The notes under the pieces are model-generated. The model made no database searches. It saw nothing but the letters and a program-made list of their open reading frames with translations, and was not told the origin of the DNA. A stretch of DNA of 64,000 nucleotides, from assembly GCA_039802865.1 (NCBI GenBank), contig JBDRXL010000002.1, positions 39,826 to 103,825 on the forward strand, written 5' to 3'. Positions 50,510 through 60,718 of this stretch are shown piece after piece. The DNA comes from a candidate division WOR-3 bacterium. GTDB lineage: Bacteria > Hydrothermota > Hydrothermia > LBFQ01 > DSFT01. The position numbers and the translations under genes were made by a program. How positions within the stretch are numbered: position 1 is the first letter of the stretch; each line of letters begins with the position of its first letter.

Positions 50510-50746
50510 ATGAAAGCATATATTTTTATAAGATTGAATTCATTTTTTAGAGAAGATATGAAAAAGGCAACTGAGCAAATAAGAGCTGTAAATGGTGTAA
50601 TATCCGCGGATGCGGTTTTTGGTAATATTGATATTATAGCGATTGCCCAATTTCAAACATTTGAAGAAATTAAAAAAATTATTGAAGATATATATGCAAC
50701 AGGTATGGTAAGAGATACTGATACAAGAATTGTTTATCCTATATGA
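50510..50746 (+). CDS. Stand-alone Lrp/AsnC C-terminal (RAM) domain protein
   Basis: 78 aa beta-alpha-beta-beta-alpha-beta pattern ...IFIRLNS...VNGVISADAVFGNIDIIAIAQF... Confidence 0.5.
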   Translation: MKAYIFIRLNSFFREDMKKATEQIRAVNGVISADAVFGNIDIIAIAQFQTFEEIKKIIEDIYATGMVRDTDTRIVYPI

Positions 50747-51735
50747 TAAATTTTTTATTTTCAACATTTAGTATAATAGCAATTGATACAATCACAAATG
50801 AAATTGGAATAGGGACATCATCAAAAGTCTTGGCAGTAGGATATTTAGTTCCTTATATTGATGCAGAATATGGAGTAATTGCTACTCAAAGCTTTGTAAA
50901 TGTAAAACTTGGAAAACTTGGCATTGAATTATTAAAATTAAATTACAAGCCAGAAGAAGTTTTTAATATATTAAAAGCAAGTGATAGTTTAATAGAGCTT
51001 AGACAAATTGGAATTTTAAATATAAAAGGTGAAGGATATGCTTATACAGGTTCAAAGAATTTACCATATGCTGGACACATTGTAGGAAAAGGTTATGTAA
51101 TACTTGGTAATTTATTAAAATCAGAAAATGTTTTAAAAGAAATGGAAAAAGCTTTTTTAAATAATTCAAATAAACCACTTGCAGAAAGATTAATTTTAGC
51201 ATTAGAAGCGGGAGAGAAAGCAGGGGGTGATAAAAGGGGTAAGCAATCAGCAGCTATTATAGTTAAACTGAAAAATGGAGGTTATGATGGAATAGATGAT
51301 AGACTTGTAGATATTAGAGTTGATGATAATAAAGAACCAATAAGTGAAATTAAAAGGATTTATGAATTGTGGCAATATGAATATATGCTAATTTCATATA
51401 TTAGGCTTTATGAAAAGGGATTTGAAAAAAATATAAAATATCTTTTGCAAAATATGAAAATTTCAAAGAATATTCCAGCAGATAGTTATAATAATGTTGC
51501 TTGGGAGCTTTGTGTTAGGAATATATATCAAGAAGTTGGATTAGAATTTTCACTTAAAGCCCATAAATTATCTCCAAAAGATACAAATATAATGGATACG
51601 GTTGCAAAATGTTATGAATCACTTGGAAATTATAAAGAAGCTTTAAATTGGTTAAAAAGGGCACTAAGTATAGAAAAAGATAACTTATATTTAAAGTCAA
51701 GATTAGAGGAAGTGGAGAGAATGCTAAATGAGTAG
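50743..51735 (+). CDS. DUF1028 (Ntn-hydrolase-like) protein with C-terminal TPR
   Basis: N-terminal TFSIIAIDTITNEIGIGTSS typical of DUF1028; C-terminal TPR-like helices. Confidence 0.55.
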   Translation: MINFLFSTFSIIAIDTITNEIGIGTSSKVLAVGYLVPYIDAEYGVIATQSFVNVKLGKLGIELLKLNYKPEEVFNILKASDSLIELRQIGILNIKGEGYAYTGSKNLPYAGHIVGKGYVILGNLLKSENVLKEMEKAFLNNSNKPLAERLILALEAGEKAGGDKRGKQSAAIIVKLKNGGYDGIDDRLVDIRVDDNKEPISEIKRIYELWQYEYMLISYIRLYEKGFEKNIKYLLQNMKISKNIPADSYNNVAWELCVRNIYQEVGLEFSLKAHKLSPKDTNIMDTVAKCYESLGNYKEALNWLKRALSIEKDNLYLKSRLEEVERMLNE

Positions 51736-52294
51736 TGAAGAAGTTTTAAAGTTATATCAGGAATTGGGAGCAATTAAAAAGGGACATTTTATATTATCTT
51801 CAAAATTACATTCAGATACATATTTTCAAAGTGCTTTGGTTTTACAATATCCAAAATATGCTCAATTACTGTGTAAAGAAATTGCAAATTATTTTAAAAG
51901 TTATAAGGTTAGTGTTGTAGTTGGACCTGCTCTTGGAGCAATTATTGTAGCATATGAGGTTGCAAGATTTTTGGATTGTAGAGCAATTTTTACAGAAAGG
52001 GAAAATGGAATTATGAAATTAAGGAGAGGATTTTATATAAGTGAGGATGAAAATGTTCTTATTGTTGAGGATGTGATAACCACGGGACTTTCTACAAATG
52101 AAGTTATAGAAGTTGTAAAAAGTTATAAGGGAAATATTGTTGGTATTGGTTGTCTTGTAGATAGAAGTGAAAATATAAGTTTTAATGTGCCATTTTTTAG
52201 TTTATTAAAAGTCCAAGTAAAAACATATGAGCCAGATAATTGTGAGCTTTGTAAAAGAAATATACCTATTGAAAAACCAGGAAGTAGAATATGA
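51728..52294 (+). CDS. pyrE: Orotate phosphoribosyltransferase
   Basis: PRPP-binding motif VLIVEDVITTGLST, length 188 aa. Confidence 0.85.
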   Translation: MSSEEVLKLYQELGAIKKGHFILSSKLHSDTYFQSALVLQYPKYAQLLCKEIANYFKSYKVSVVVGPALGAIIVAYEVARFLDCRAIFTERENGIMKLRRGFYISEDENVLIVEDVITTGLSTNEVIEVVKSYKGNIVGIGCLVDRSENISFNVPFFSLLKVQVKTYEPDNCELCKRNIPIEKPGSRI

Positions 52295-53244
52295 ATAAAA
52301 TTTTAGAATTTTTAAATGATCCACCAAAATCAAAAGTTTTAGTAATTGGAGATATTATGCTTGATAAGTATTATTTTGGAGATGTTGAGAGAATTTCACC
52401 AGAGGCACCTGTTCCTGTTGTTCATATAAGAAAAATAGAAAGTAGAATTGGAGGAGCTGGAAATACTGCATTAAATTTAAAAAATCTTGGAATTGAGGTT
52501 GATATTTTAGGAATTGTTGGAAATGATGAAAATGGAAATGAGCTATTAAATTTATTAAAAGAAAAAAATTTTCATTTAAATTACATTATAAAAATTGATA
52601 ACATTACAACGACGAAAATAAGGGTAATATCAAGGAATCAACATCTTTTAAGGATTGATTTTGAGGAAGTAAAAGCTTTAAATAGGGAAATTGAAAATAA
52701 GGTTATAAACATAATTGAAGAAATTGTAAAAAATTATGATTTAGTAATAGTTTCAGATTATAATAAGGGCTTAATAACTGAAAAAATTTCTCAAATTGTT
52801 ATAAATATGTCAAAATTTACAATTATAGACCCAAAAGGTAGAAATTGGAATAAGTATAAAGGAGCAAATATTATAACACCGAATGTAAAGGAATTGTCAG
52901 AAGGGTTAAACATAAGTTTGGAAAATGAAGATAAGATATTAGAAGAAGCTGGAAAAATAGCAGTAAAAAAATTTAATTTTGGCTCTATTTTAATTACTCG
53001 CTCTGAAAAAGGTTTAAGTTATATAGATAATAAGACAATTTTACATGTTCCTACAAAACAAAGTGAAGTTTATGATGTTTCAGGAGCTGGTGATACTGTT
53101 GTTGCTGCATTAGCATTTGGAATAATTTGTAATTTAAACGTAAGGGAAATTTTAGAATTTGCTAATTTGTGTGCGTCTATTGTTATAAAACATTTAGGAA
53201 CATATGCTATAAGGAAAGAAGACTTATATTTTTATAACTCTTGA
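52291..53244 (+). CDS. D-glycero-beta-D-manno-heptose-7-phosphate kinase (RfaE domain I, ribokinase family)
   Basis: VLVIGDIMLDKYYFG...RISPEAPVPVV...GGAGN; C-terminal GAGDT motif. Confidence 0.8.
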   Translation: MNKILEFLNDPPKSKVLVIGDIMLDKYYFGDVERISPEAPVPVVHIRKIESRIGGAGNTALNLKNLGIEVDILGIVGNDENGNELLNLLKEKNFHLNYIIKIDNITTTKIRVISRNQHLLRIDFEEVKALNREIENKVINIIEEIVKNYDLVIVSDYNKGLITEKISQIVINMSKFTIIDPKGRNWNKYKGANIITPNVKELSEGLNISLENEDKILEEAGKIAVKKFNFGSILITRSEKGLSYIDNKTILHVPTKQSEVYDVSGAGDTVVAALAFGIICNLNVREILEFANLCASIVIKHLGTYAIRKEDLYFYNS

Positions 53245-53934
53245 AAAGTTATAAGATTTAATTTTCAATATCCCTCTCTTTTTAATTTTAAAAACTTTTT
53301 TACCTTCAAGATATCCATTATAAATAAATTCCTTTGTTCCATTTTTGTCATAAAACTCTATATTAATAGGCATTTTTATACTTGTTTCAATAATAACATT
53401 ATTTTTAACTTTATAAACTTTTACATTTGCTACTTCCTTATAGGAAAGAGAATGATAAATTGTATCAACCCTTGCATATATAGAATCACCAGAACTTAGT
53501 CCATTCCCATTTGCCACATTTCCTACAAGATAAATAATAGCTCTTCCTTGATAATTATTTGGTGTAGTCCATTTAACTTGAAATACAAAGCTATCAGTTG
53601 AATATGGAGCATTTAAGTGTTTAACATATCCATTTGGACTTACAGTTGTATTAGAATTTAAAGCTTCAAATGTCCCCATTACATTATTTAGAGTATCTTT
53701 TATGATCATCTCAAAACCAAACCTTTTATTTCCAACTCCCTTTACTACAATATTTAAATAATAAGAAGTTGAAGTCTGATAAAAAGGTGGTAAATTTGAA
53801 ATATAAACTGAACCATTTGATGGATTTAAAGGAGCACCACTATGACAAGTTGTGCAATACTGGTAATTTGGCGGGTCTCCCGCATATCCATCAGGTGGTT
53901 GTGAAGAATAAATGAAAATATAAAAAATAGTCAT
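53224..53934 (-). CDS. Secreted protein with a single CxxCH motif; possible sorting domain at C-terminus
   Basis: Signal peptide, CTTCH, beta-rich; RBS after S8 gene stop. Confidence 0.35.
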   Translation of the reverse strand: MTIFYIFIYSSQPPDGYAGDPPNYQYCTTCHSGAPLNPSNGSVYISNLPPFYQTSTSYYLNIVVKGVGNKRFGFEMIIKDTLNNVMGTFEALNSNTTVSPNGYVKHLNAPYSTDSFVFQVKWTTPNNYQGRAIIYLVGNVANGNGLSSGDSIYARVDTIYHSLSYKEVANVKVYKVKNNVIIETSIKMPINIEFYDKNGTKEFIYNGYLEGKKVFKIKKRGILKIKSYNFSRVIKI

Positions 53935-53937
53935 ATT

Positions 53938-56556
53938 CTAACTCCTAAATAACACCTTAAAAACTTTCTTTTTATTATCTATTCTCATTTTTACAATATA
54001 AATTCCAGTCTTTAAATTCCTAATTTCAAGCTCATAATAACCTTTTGATAAGTAATTTTCATAACTTTCTATAACCCTTCCACTTATATCGTAAATTTTA
54101 TATTCAACTTTAGAGGGTTTTTCAAGATTTAAAATTAATGCCAACTTTTTATTTTTTACTAAATAGTTAATTTCTCTGATTTTTGTAGCATTACATTTTA
54201 TGCTATCAGTTGAAGCAAAAATAATATAAGTTAAGGATAAGCTATCATTTGGATTTAAGTTATAGGGTCCTGCTGAAACAACAACAGAATAATCATTTGG
54301 ATTTAAATTTATGCTATCTCCGAGTGTTCCATTTAATAAATTGAACTTATTTGACTTAGTAAATTGAATATTATTTTGGAAAATTCTTGCACTTCTAAAT
54401 ATACCGTTTATCAAAAATAAACCTACAAAATAGTTATAATCATTTGATTTAAATACAATCCCCCCATATGAATTACTACATTTCAAAGCCCATCCAAAAT
54501 CATTATTTGAATTTTTAATATCAAAATCTGCAAAAATCCCAAATAACAAATTATTTATAGAGTTGTTGCTTATATTTTTAATTTTATAAACTAAATAAAT
54601 TAAACTATCTAAGCTTTTGCCATAAAAATTGCCTGTAACTTCAATATTGCTATCCCTTGCTATAAACTTATAATTTTCATCAGGATATTCAAAAATTCTA
54701 TATATTCCATAAACATTAAAAATATCTTTTGAACCATAGAAATTATCACTTAAATAATTTTCTGAGTTTCCAAAAGCAATTGAACCAAAATATAATAAAT
54801 TTGAACTATCTTTTGGAAAATGAAATTCTTTTAATTCTCCATTATTTGAGAAATAAAGTGAGCTAATCGTAGTGTCAATTATTGCTGTTCCAATGGGAAT
54901 TTCTCCAAAAATCACTTTAAATTTATATATTTTTCCAGAAATGTTTAATTGGAAAATTGCGCTATCTCCATCATTTATATTATTTGTTGAAAATTTAAAT
55001 GTATCACCAATACTAAAAGCGTTTATTTCAAATTGTGGGTCAAGATTTCCAAAATAAATAGAATCTTTTAAGATATTAACAAAATTTGAATTGGTTGAGA
55101 TTTTTGCATAAACATTTTTTAATGTATCATAACCAGCATTTCTAATTTTAATATCTACAAAAACTGTTTCATTACTTTCAATTTTTCCATTTCCATTCTT
55201 ATCATAAATATACTTATCAATAAAAACTAAATAAGCACTATTTCCATAATTTATATTTTCAATAGCTTTTAAGGCATTTATTCTACCCCATCCGCAATTA
55301 TTATTAGGCCAATTTACTTCATTACAATTTCTATCATTTGCAATATCTGTTAAAATTTGATATATTTGATAATAACTTAGGTTTGGATTTTTTTCAAGCA
55401 TAAGGGCAATTGTTCCAGCTACATGAGGTGAAGCCATAGATGTTCCATATCCATCTGCATATAATCCGTTTCTAATGGTGGAATAGATTTTATATCCAGG
55501 AGCCATAATATCTGGCTTTATATAATTCCAATCAGATCTTGACCAATAAGATGTATCATTGTATGGAGGATTATTAGGGGCGGGTCCTCTACTTGAAAAA
55601 TTTACTACTGTATCATTAAAATCAACCGCTCCTACGGTTATTACCATTGGATAATCACCAGGACTATAAATTGTGCTTGAATTTGGACCACTATTGCCTG
55701 CTGCAAAAACAGGAATTATATTATTTGCTCTCCAACCGTTCCATATTGCATTCCAAAGCCAAGGGTCATTTCCTGGTTTTTTTCCCCATGAATTATTTAT
55801 TATTCTAATGTCAATTCCATAAATTGCTTTTAATTCTGAAAAAAATTCAATACAAGATAAAATAGAATAACTATCACCTGCCCCATATTTATTAAATGCT
55901 TTACAAGCAATAACTTTTGCTCCTGGGGCAACTCCTACATTTGAATCCGCTACCATTGTTCCAATAGTATGTGTTCCATGATTATGGTCATCATAAGGAT
56001 AATTTTGATAATTTATAGCATCAAGCCAATAGCTTAAAATTTTACCTTTTAAAGCGGGATGACTTGTATCTACACCCGTATCAATACTTCCAATAATAAC
56101 TCCCCTTCCTTTTATATTATACTTAATCCATACACTATCTGCTTTAATTAGCTTAATACCATATGTTGGGGTATCAAGTAAAATTTTGCTTTCATTTTCA
56201 AAATTTGAAATTATATAAAAATTATCCTTTGCATAATAAATTTTATCAATTTCAGCTCTATCTTTTAATTTTTCTAAGTCTTTTACTTTTATTTTAACAT
56301 AAATTGCATTTATAACCCAAAATTGCTTTATTTTCTCAACATTTAATGTTTTTAAAAAATTTAGTAAATTCCTTTGACTATTAAAATGATAGTTTTTAAG
56401 AAGTTGAACATTATAAAATGCATTATTAGAAGGTTCTTTTATAACCTTTTTGTCTTTGAGAACTATTAGCACATCAACAAAGTCATCATCCCTAAGGGTT
56501 CTTATTTTTTCTAAAAGTCTCTCATCAAAATTAAAACTAAAAATTAAGCCAATCAT
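53938..56556 (-). CDS. S8 (subtilisin-like) serine peptidase with T9SS-type C-terminal sorting domain
   Basis: Catalytic triad segments GSIDTGVDTSHP, HGTHTIGT, GTSMASPHVAG; C-terminus ...LKTGIYIVKMRIDNKKKVFKVLFRS. Confidence 0.85.
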   Translation of the reverse strand: MIGLIFSFNFDERLLEKIRTLRDDDFVDVLIVLKDKKVIKEPSNNAFYNVQLLKNYHFNSQRNLLNFLKTLNVEKIKQFWVINAIYVKIKVKDLEKLKDRAEIDKIYYAKDNFYIISNFENESKILLDTPTYGIKLIKADSVWIKYNIKGRGVIIGSIDTGVDTSHPALKGKILSYWLDAINYQNYPYDDHNHGTHTIGTMVADSNVGVAPGAKVIACKAFNKYGAGDSYSILSCIEFFSELKAIYGIDIRIINNSWGKKPGNDPWLWNAIWNGWRANNIIPVFAAGNSGPNSSTIYSPGDYPMVITVGAVDFNDTVVNFSSRGPAPNNPPYNDTSYWSRSDWNYIKPDIMAPGYKIYSTIRNGLYADGYGTSMASPHVAGTIALMLEKNPNLSYYQIYQILTDIANDRNCNEVNWPNNNCGWGRINALKAIENINYGNSAYLVFIDKYIYDKNGNGKIESNETVFVDIKIRNAGYDTLKNVYAKISTNSNFVNILKDSIYFGNLDPQFEINAFSIGDTFKFSTNNINDGDSAIFQLNISGKIYKFKVIFGEIPIGTAIIDTTISSLYFSNNGELKEFHFPKDSSNLLYFGSIAFGNSENYLSDNFYGSKDIFNVYGIYRIFEYPDENYKFIARDSNIEVTGNFYGKSLDSLIYLVYKIKNISNNSINNLLFGIFADFDIKNSNNDFGWALKCSNSYGGIVFKSNDYNYFVGLFLINGIFRSARIFQNNIQFTKSNKFNLLNGTLGDSINLNPNDYSVVVSAGPYNLNPNDSLSLTYIIFASTDSIKCNATKIREINYLVKNKKLALILNLEKPSKVEYKIYDISGRVIESYENYLSKGYYELEIRNLKTGIYIVKMRIDNKKKVFKVLFRS

Positions 56557-57617
56557 CTTCTTTTTATATTTTTTAAACTTCCTTCTACGAATGGCAATTT
56601 TGTAATTAAAAATCTACCTGAATTTATAACAATTTCTTTTCCAACTTCTGCAAATTCCCTTTTAATATAACCCATACCAATTCCCTTTTTTAATGAAGGA
56701 GAAAATGTTCCACTTGTTACATATCCAACTTTTAAATTATCAAAAAATATCTCATTTTTTTCTCTTGGAATTGATTTATCTAAGGAAATAAATCCAACTC
56801 TTTTATATTCAACTCCTTTATTTAAAATTTCTAGTAATTTCTCTTTTCCAATAAAATTTTTTTCTAAATAAACCGCCCATTTTAAATTTGCACTTATTGG
56901 GTCTATATCTTCATTTATATCATTTCCATATAAGCAATAACCTGCTTCAAGTCTTAATGTGTCTCTTGCTCCAAGTCCTGCCATTTTAACATTCTCATTC
57001 TTTAATAATTCTTTTGTAAATTTTAAAATTTCACTTGAACTTATATAAATTTCAAATCCATCTTCTGGGGTATAACCTGTTCTTGAAATAATTAAATTAT
57101 TATGCTTTATAAAGCTATAATAAGGAATGTCTAAATTAATACTTAAAAAATGTTCTAATATCTCTCTTGATTTTGGACCTTGGATTGCAATTTGAGAAAT
57201 TTGAGATGAAACATCTTCAATTTTTACATCATATTTATCTGAAAAATTATATATGTGTTTTAAATCTTTTTCTTTTGTTCCAGCATTTACAACTAATAAA
57301 AATTCCTCATCAGAAATTTTATAAACTACAAGGTCATCTATAATGCCAGCATTTTCATTTAACATAAGTCCATATTTTGCTTGATTGTCATTCATTGCAA
57401 GTATATTTATAGTTGTAATATAATTTAGAAAATCTTTTGCAAATTTACCTTTTATTATTATTCTTCCCATGTGTGATACATCAAATATAGAACAGTTTTC
57501 CCTTGTCCAATTATGCTCTTTTATAATACTTTCATAAAACAATGGCATTTCCCAATTATGGAAATTAACTATTTTTGCATTAAGCTCTACGTGTAGCTCA
57601 TATAAAGGTGTTTTCAT
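56553..57617 (-). CDS. gcvT: Glycine cleavage system T protein (aminomethyltransferase)
   Basis: TPLYELH...FHNWEMPLFY...IFDVSHMGRI N-terminal signature. Confidence 0.85.
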   Translation of the reverse strand: MKTPLYELHVELNAKIVNFHNWEMPLFYESIIKEHNWTRENCSIFDVSHMGRIIIKGKFAKDFLNYITTINILAMNDNQAKYGLMLNENAGIIDDLVVYKISDEEFLLVVNAGTKEKDLKHIYNFSDKYDVKIEDVSSQISQIAIQGPKSREILEHFLSINLDIPYYSFIKHNNLIISRTGYTPEDGFEIYISSSEILKFTKELLKNENVKMAGLGARDTLRLEAGYCLYGNDINEDIDPISANLKWAVYLEKNFIGKEKLLEILNKGVEYKRVGFISLDKSIPREKNEIFFDNLKVGYVTSGTFSPSLKKGIGMGYIKREFAEVGKEIVINSGRFLITKLPFVEGSLKNIKRR

Positions 57618-58817
57618 CTACTTTTCCTCCGTTTCTATATCTTGGATATATTGTCCAAATCCAGGAACATTGGAAAATAATAATTTATATTCACCTGTTC
57701 CAAGTTGGTCATAAAACTTAAATTTCTTATTTCCTTCATAATAAATCCAAACTACATATGACCTTGCTCCAAGTGCTATTTCTTCTCTTCTAATATCATC
57801 AGGTTGCCCAAATAATATATAAATTTTGCCCATATCTGTATATCTACCCTTTTTAAATGGTGTTGAAAATTTTAAATCCGCTTCTATTACTCTTTGTCTA
57901 AATAAAGGATAAAATGAACCATCTGGATCTATTCTTTTCCAAAACTTTTCAATCCATAAACTTTTACTTTGTCTATCTTTTATACTTTGAAATTCATTTA
58001 ATTCATTTGGACTTGCTATATAATCTATAAAATATCTAATTTCATCATCTGCATTAAATTCTGTTTTTTGAATAAGAAATGGTTTTTTAAGAATTTTCCT
58101 TACATTTAATCCTAAATCTGTAATTTCAAAGTTCAAAATATATTCTCCATCATTTAGTGAATTAATAGGAACTTTCCCAGTAATTATAAGTTGTTCTTTA
58201 TCTTTTAAAAATAGTTGGGGATTTGAAATTAAAATAATGCTATCATTTTTTGCATCTTCAATAAAGTATTTAATAACAAGCTTTTGGCTATCTATTTTAA
58301 TATCATATATTTCAAAGAAATAAAGAAGAGTATCTTTAAATAAGTTTGAAGGATTTGGCAAAAATCCAATACCATTTCTATAAAATGGACTATTTAAACT
58401 ATCTTCAAAAAACTTACTTACTAAAACAACAGAAGAAAAATTCAAAACTGAATCCTCTATTATTTCTAATGGAAATTCAACTTTTGAAAACCTTTTTGAA
58501 CTTCTAATTTCAAATCTAATGTTATATTTTCCTGGTTTTGCTAATATCTCATAACTATCTACAACATAAATGGCGGTTTTTGATAAATTTTTATCTCTTT
58601 TTTCCTCCATCAATTTTTCTCTATCCCTAAAAACCCTTACAAAAACTTGATATTTTTCAGAAATATCTGATGGATTTATTGAAAATACAAAGGCAACAAC
58701 GTAAATATCACCAGATAATTTAAAATATAAGGGTTCTACATAACCTCTAATAGAACCATCAAGAACATAGCTTTTATTATCTAAAATCGTTAAACCAGTT
58801 AATAGGAGCAAGCTCAT
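57618..58817 (-). CDS. GWxTD-domain protein (FCB-group family); start probably internal Met
   Basis: C-terminal ~100 aa FWKRIDPDGS...KKGRYTDMGKIYILFGQPD...YVVWIYY...FYDQLGTGEYKL. Confidence 0.5.
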   Translation of the reverse strand: MSLLLLTGLTILDNKSYVLDGSIRGYVEPLYFKLSGDIYVVAFVFSINPSDISEKYQVFVRVFRDREKLMEEKRDKNLSKTAIYVVDSYEILAKPGKYNIRFEIRSSKRFSKVEFPLEIIEDSVLNFSSVVLVSKFFEDSLNSPFYRNGIGFLPNPSNLFKDTLLYFFEIYDIKIDSQKLVIKYFIEDAKNDSIILISNPQLFLKDKEQLIITGKVPINSLNDGEYILNFEITDLGLNVRKILKKPFLIQKTEFNADDEIRYFIDYIASPNELNEFQSIKDRQSKSLWIEKFWKRIDPDGSFYPLFRQRVIEADLKFSTPFKKGRYTDMGKIYILFGQPDDIRREEIALGARSYVVWIYYEGNKKFKFYDQLGTGEYKLLFSNVPGFGQYIQDIETEEK

Positions 58818-59832
58818 AGTCTCCTGTTCCAAATTTATCAACAAAAACAAATCTCAATCCTAAGCTTTCATAATACCATATTTGATATGGTCTGTTATAT
58901 GTGTTAATTTCGTTTTTTTCTATATAATCTGGTGGTCCATATTTTAGATAAATTAATCCCATTGCATTTATCTTGTTATTTCTTGTATAATTTTTAATAA
59001 CATAGCTATATCTTTCTAAAAATTTTTCTTTTTCTTCATTTAGTGGTGTATTTGGTGTTGGATCTTTTTCCTGCCAAAATTCATCCCATGCTTTTTTTAA
59101 ATCATTATCATTTTTCTTTAAGTATTTCATAAATTCATTAGGATATAAATAATTTAGTGCAAAAATAACATTTTCAATTTCAAGTTTAGTCATCCCAAGC
59201 ATTCCCGTCTTACTAAATTTAAATTTTTCTAATAATTTCGTTTTTTTATAGCTTATTTCTAATTGTGCTTCATAGTTATCAAGTCTTAATTTTCTAATAT
59301 CATAAGAGAAGTTTATAACATTTTCACCTTTTGTTAAATAAAATTTATATAATTTATTCTCTATAAAGCTATTGCTTTCAACCCTTAAATTTAGTTTAAT
59401 TGTATCTTCAATGTTTGAATAGATAGGTATGCTAACTTTTAAAATTGTATCATTCTCATCATAGTTTTTTTTATCTATTTTAACTGAACCAGTTAATATA
59501 TAGGGGTTAGATTTTTGTTCAATATCTAAGGAAGTATCATAAATATAGCTATTTGAATTTAAGTCAAGTATTTTAAATGAAATTTTATATTTTTTGTTGT
59601 AATCCAAATTTAATGAAATGGTATTTTTGATATATTCTTCAAAAAGCTTATAATTTAAGACTTCTGATTTTACAATTTTTCCTTTTGAGAATACATCATA
59701 GCGAATGCTATAAAGCCCAGTATCCCTTATAGTTAATAATGCTTGCTTTCTTATTTCATAATTTATGTTTAAAATATAATTGTGTTCTTTTGGAATTCTT
59801 TCAAAATCAATAAAATTAATAAGCAATACCAA
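58777..59832 (-). CDS. GWxTD-domain protein, paralog of the downstream gene
   Basis: C-terminus FWQEKDP...AMGLIYLKYGPPD...YQIWYY...FVDKFGTGDYEL parallels the neighbour. Confidence 0.5.
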   Translation of the reverse strand: MVLLINFIDFERIPKEHNYILNINYEIRKQALLTIRDTGLYSIRYDVFSKGKIVKSEVLNYKLFEEYIKNTISLNLDYNKKYKISFKILDLNSNSYIYDTSLDIEQKSNPYILTGSVKIDKKNYDENDTILKVSIPIYSNIEDTIKLNLRVESNSFIENKLYKFYLTKGENVINFSYDIRKLRLDNYEAQLEISYKKTKLLEKFKFSKTGMLGMTKLEIENVIFALNYLYPNEFMKYLKKNDNDLKKAWDEFWQEKDPTPNTPLNEEKEKFLERYSYVIKNYTRNNKINAMGLIYLKYGPPDYIEKNEINTYNRPYQIWYYESLGLRFVFVDKFGTGDYELAPINWFNDFR

Positions 59833-60670
59833 GGCTTCTTGCCATTTGTTTTAGTCTTTTAATTCTTTCTTGGGTGGGTGGATGTGTAGAAAATAATTTT
59901 GCAATGCCTTCAAATATAGGTGGAATTATAAACATATGGCTTGTTGCGGGATTAGATTGTAAAGGAATTTTATAAGCATAATATTCAATTTTTTCAAGAG
60001 CATTTGCAAGAGCAATGGGGTCTCTAATAAATTTGGCTCCTGTTTCATCCGCTAAGAATTCTCTTGAACGGGAAATAGCCATTTGGATAATCATTGCTGC
60101 AATTGGTGCAAGTAATATAATTAATAAATCTGCTATTGGATTGTGATTTTGTCTTTCATCTGAGCTTCTAAAAATCATCATAAATCTTCCTATTTCTACT
60201 AAGTAAACGATTGCACTTGCTATTACCGCAGCAATTGTAGATACTAAAATATCTCTATTTTTAATATGTGCTAATTCATGAGCGATAACACCTTTAAGTT
60301 CTCTTTCATCAAGTATTCTTAAAATTCCTGTTGTGAAAGCAACTGCTGAATGCTTAGGGTCCCTTCCTGTTGCAAAAGCATTTGGGCTATCTTCCTCAAT
60401 TATATATACTCTTGGCATAGGTAATTTAGCACTTATAGCTACTTCCTTTACTAAGTTATATAATCTTGGATTATCACTTTCTGTAATTTCCCTTGCTCCA
60501 TACATTTTAAGAACAATTTTATCAGAGAACCAATATGTAAAAATATTAAAAGCAATAGCAATTGCTAAGGCAATTGTAAGTCCCGCTGTTCCACCAAAAT
60601 ATCCACCTATCACAATCAAAAGCGCAGATAATAAAGTTAAAAGGATAAGTGTTTTTAATTGGTTAGTCAT
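59816..60670 (-). CDS. htpX: Zinc metalloprotease HtpX (M48)
   Basis: HELAHIKNRD HExxH motif, 4 TM, typical length. Confidence 0.85.
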   Translation of the reverse strand: MTNQLKTLILLTLLSALLIVIGGYFGGTAGLTIALAIAIAFNIFTYWFSDKIVLKMYGAREITESDNPRLYNLVKEVAISAKLPMPRVYIIEEDSPNAFATGRDPKHSAVAFTTGILRILDERELKGVIAHELAHIKNRDILVSTIAAVIASAIVYLVEIGRFMMIFRSSDERQNHNPIADLLIILLAPIAAMIIQMAISRSREFLADETGAKFIRDPIALANALEKIEYYAYKIPLQSNPATSHMFIIPPIFEGIAKLFSTHPPTQERIKRLKQMARSLGIAY

Positions 60671-60718
60671 ATTGAAATTTTAAAGGATAACTTAAATTTA
60701 TAGTTTAAAATTTTAGAC
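60671..60718. promoter_or_regulatory. Divergent promoter region with two TTTAAAATTT elements (htpX on - ; WG-repeat gene on +)
   Basis: - strand CCTTTAAAATTTCAAT-ATG(60670); + strand GTTTAAAATTTTAGAC-TTG(60719). Confidence 0.45.
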
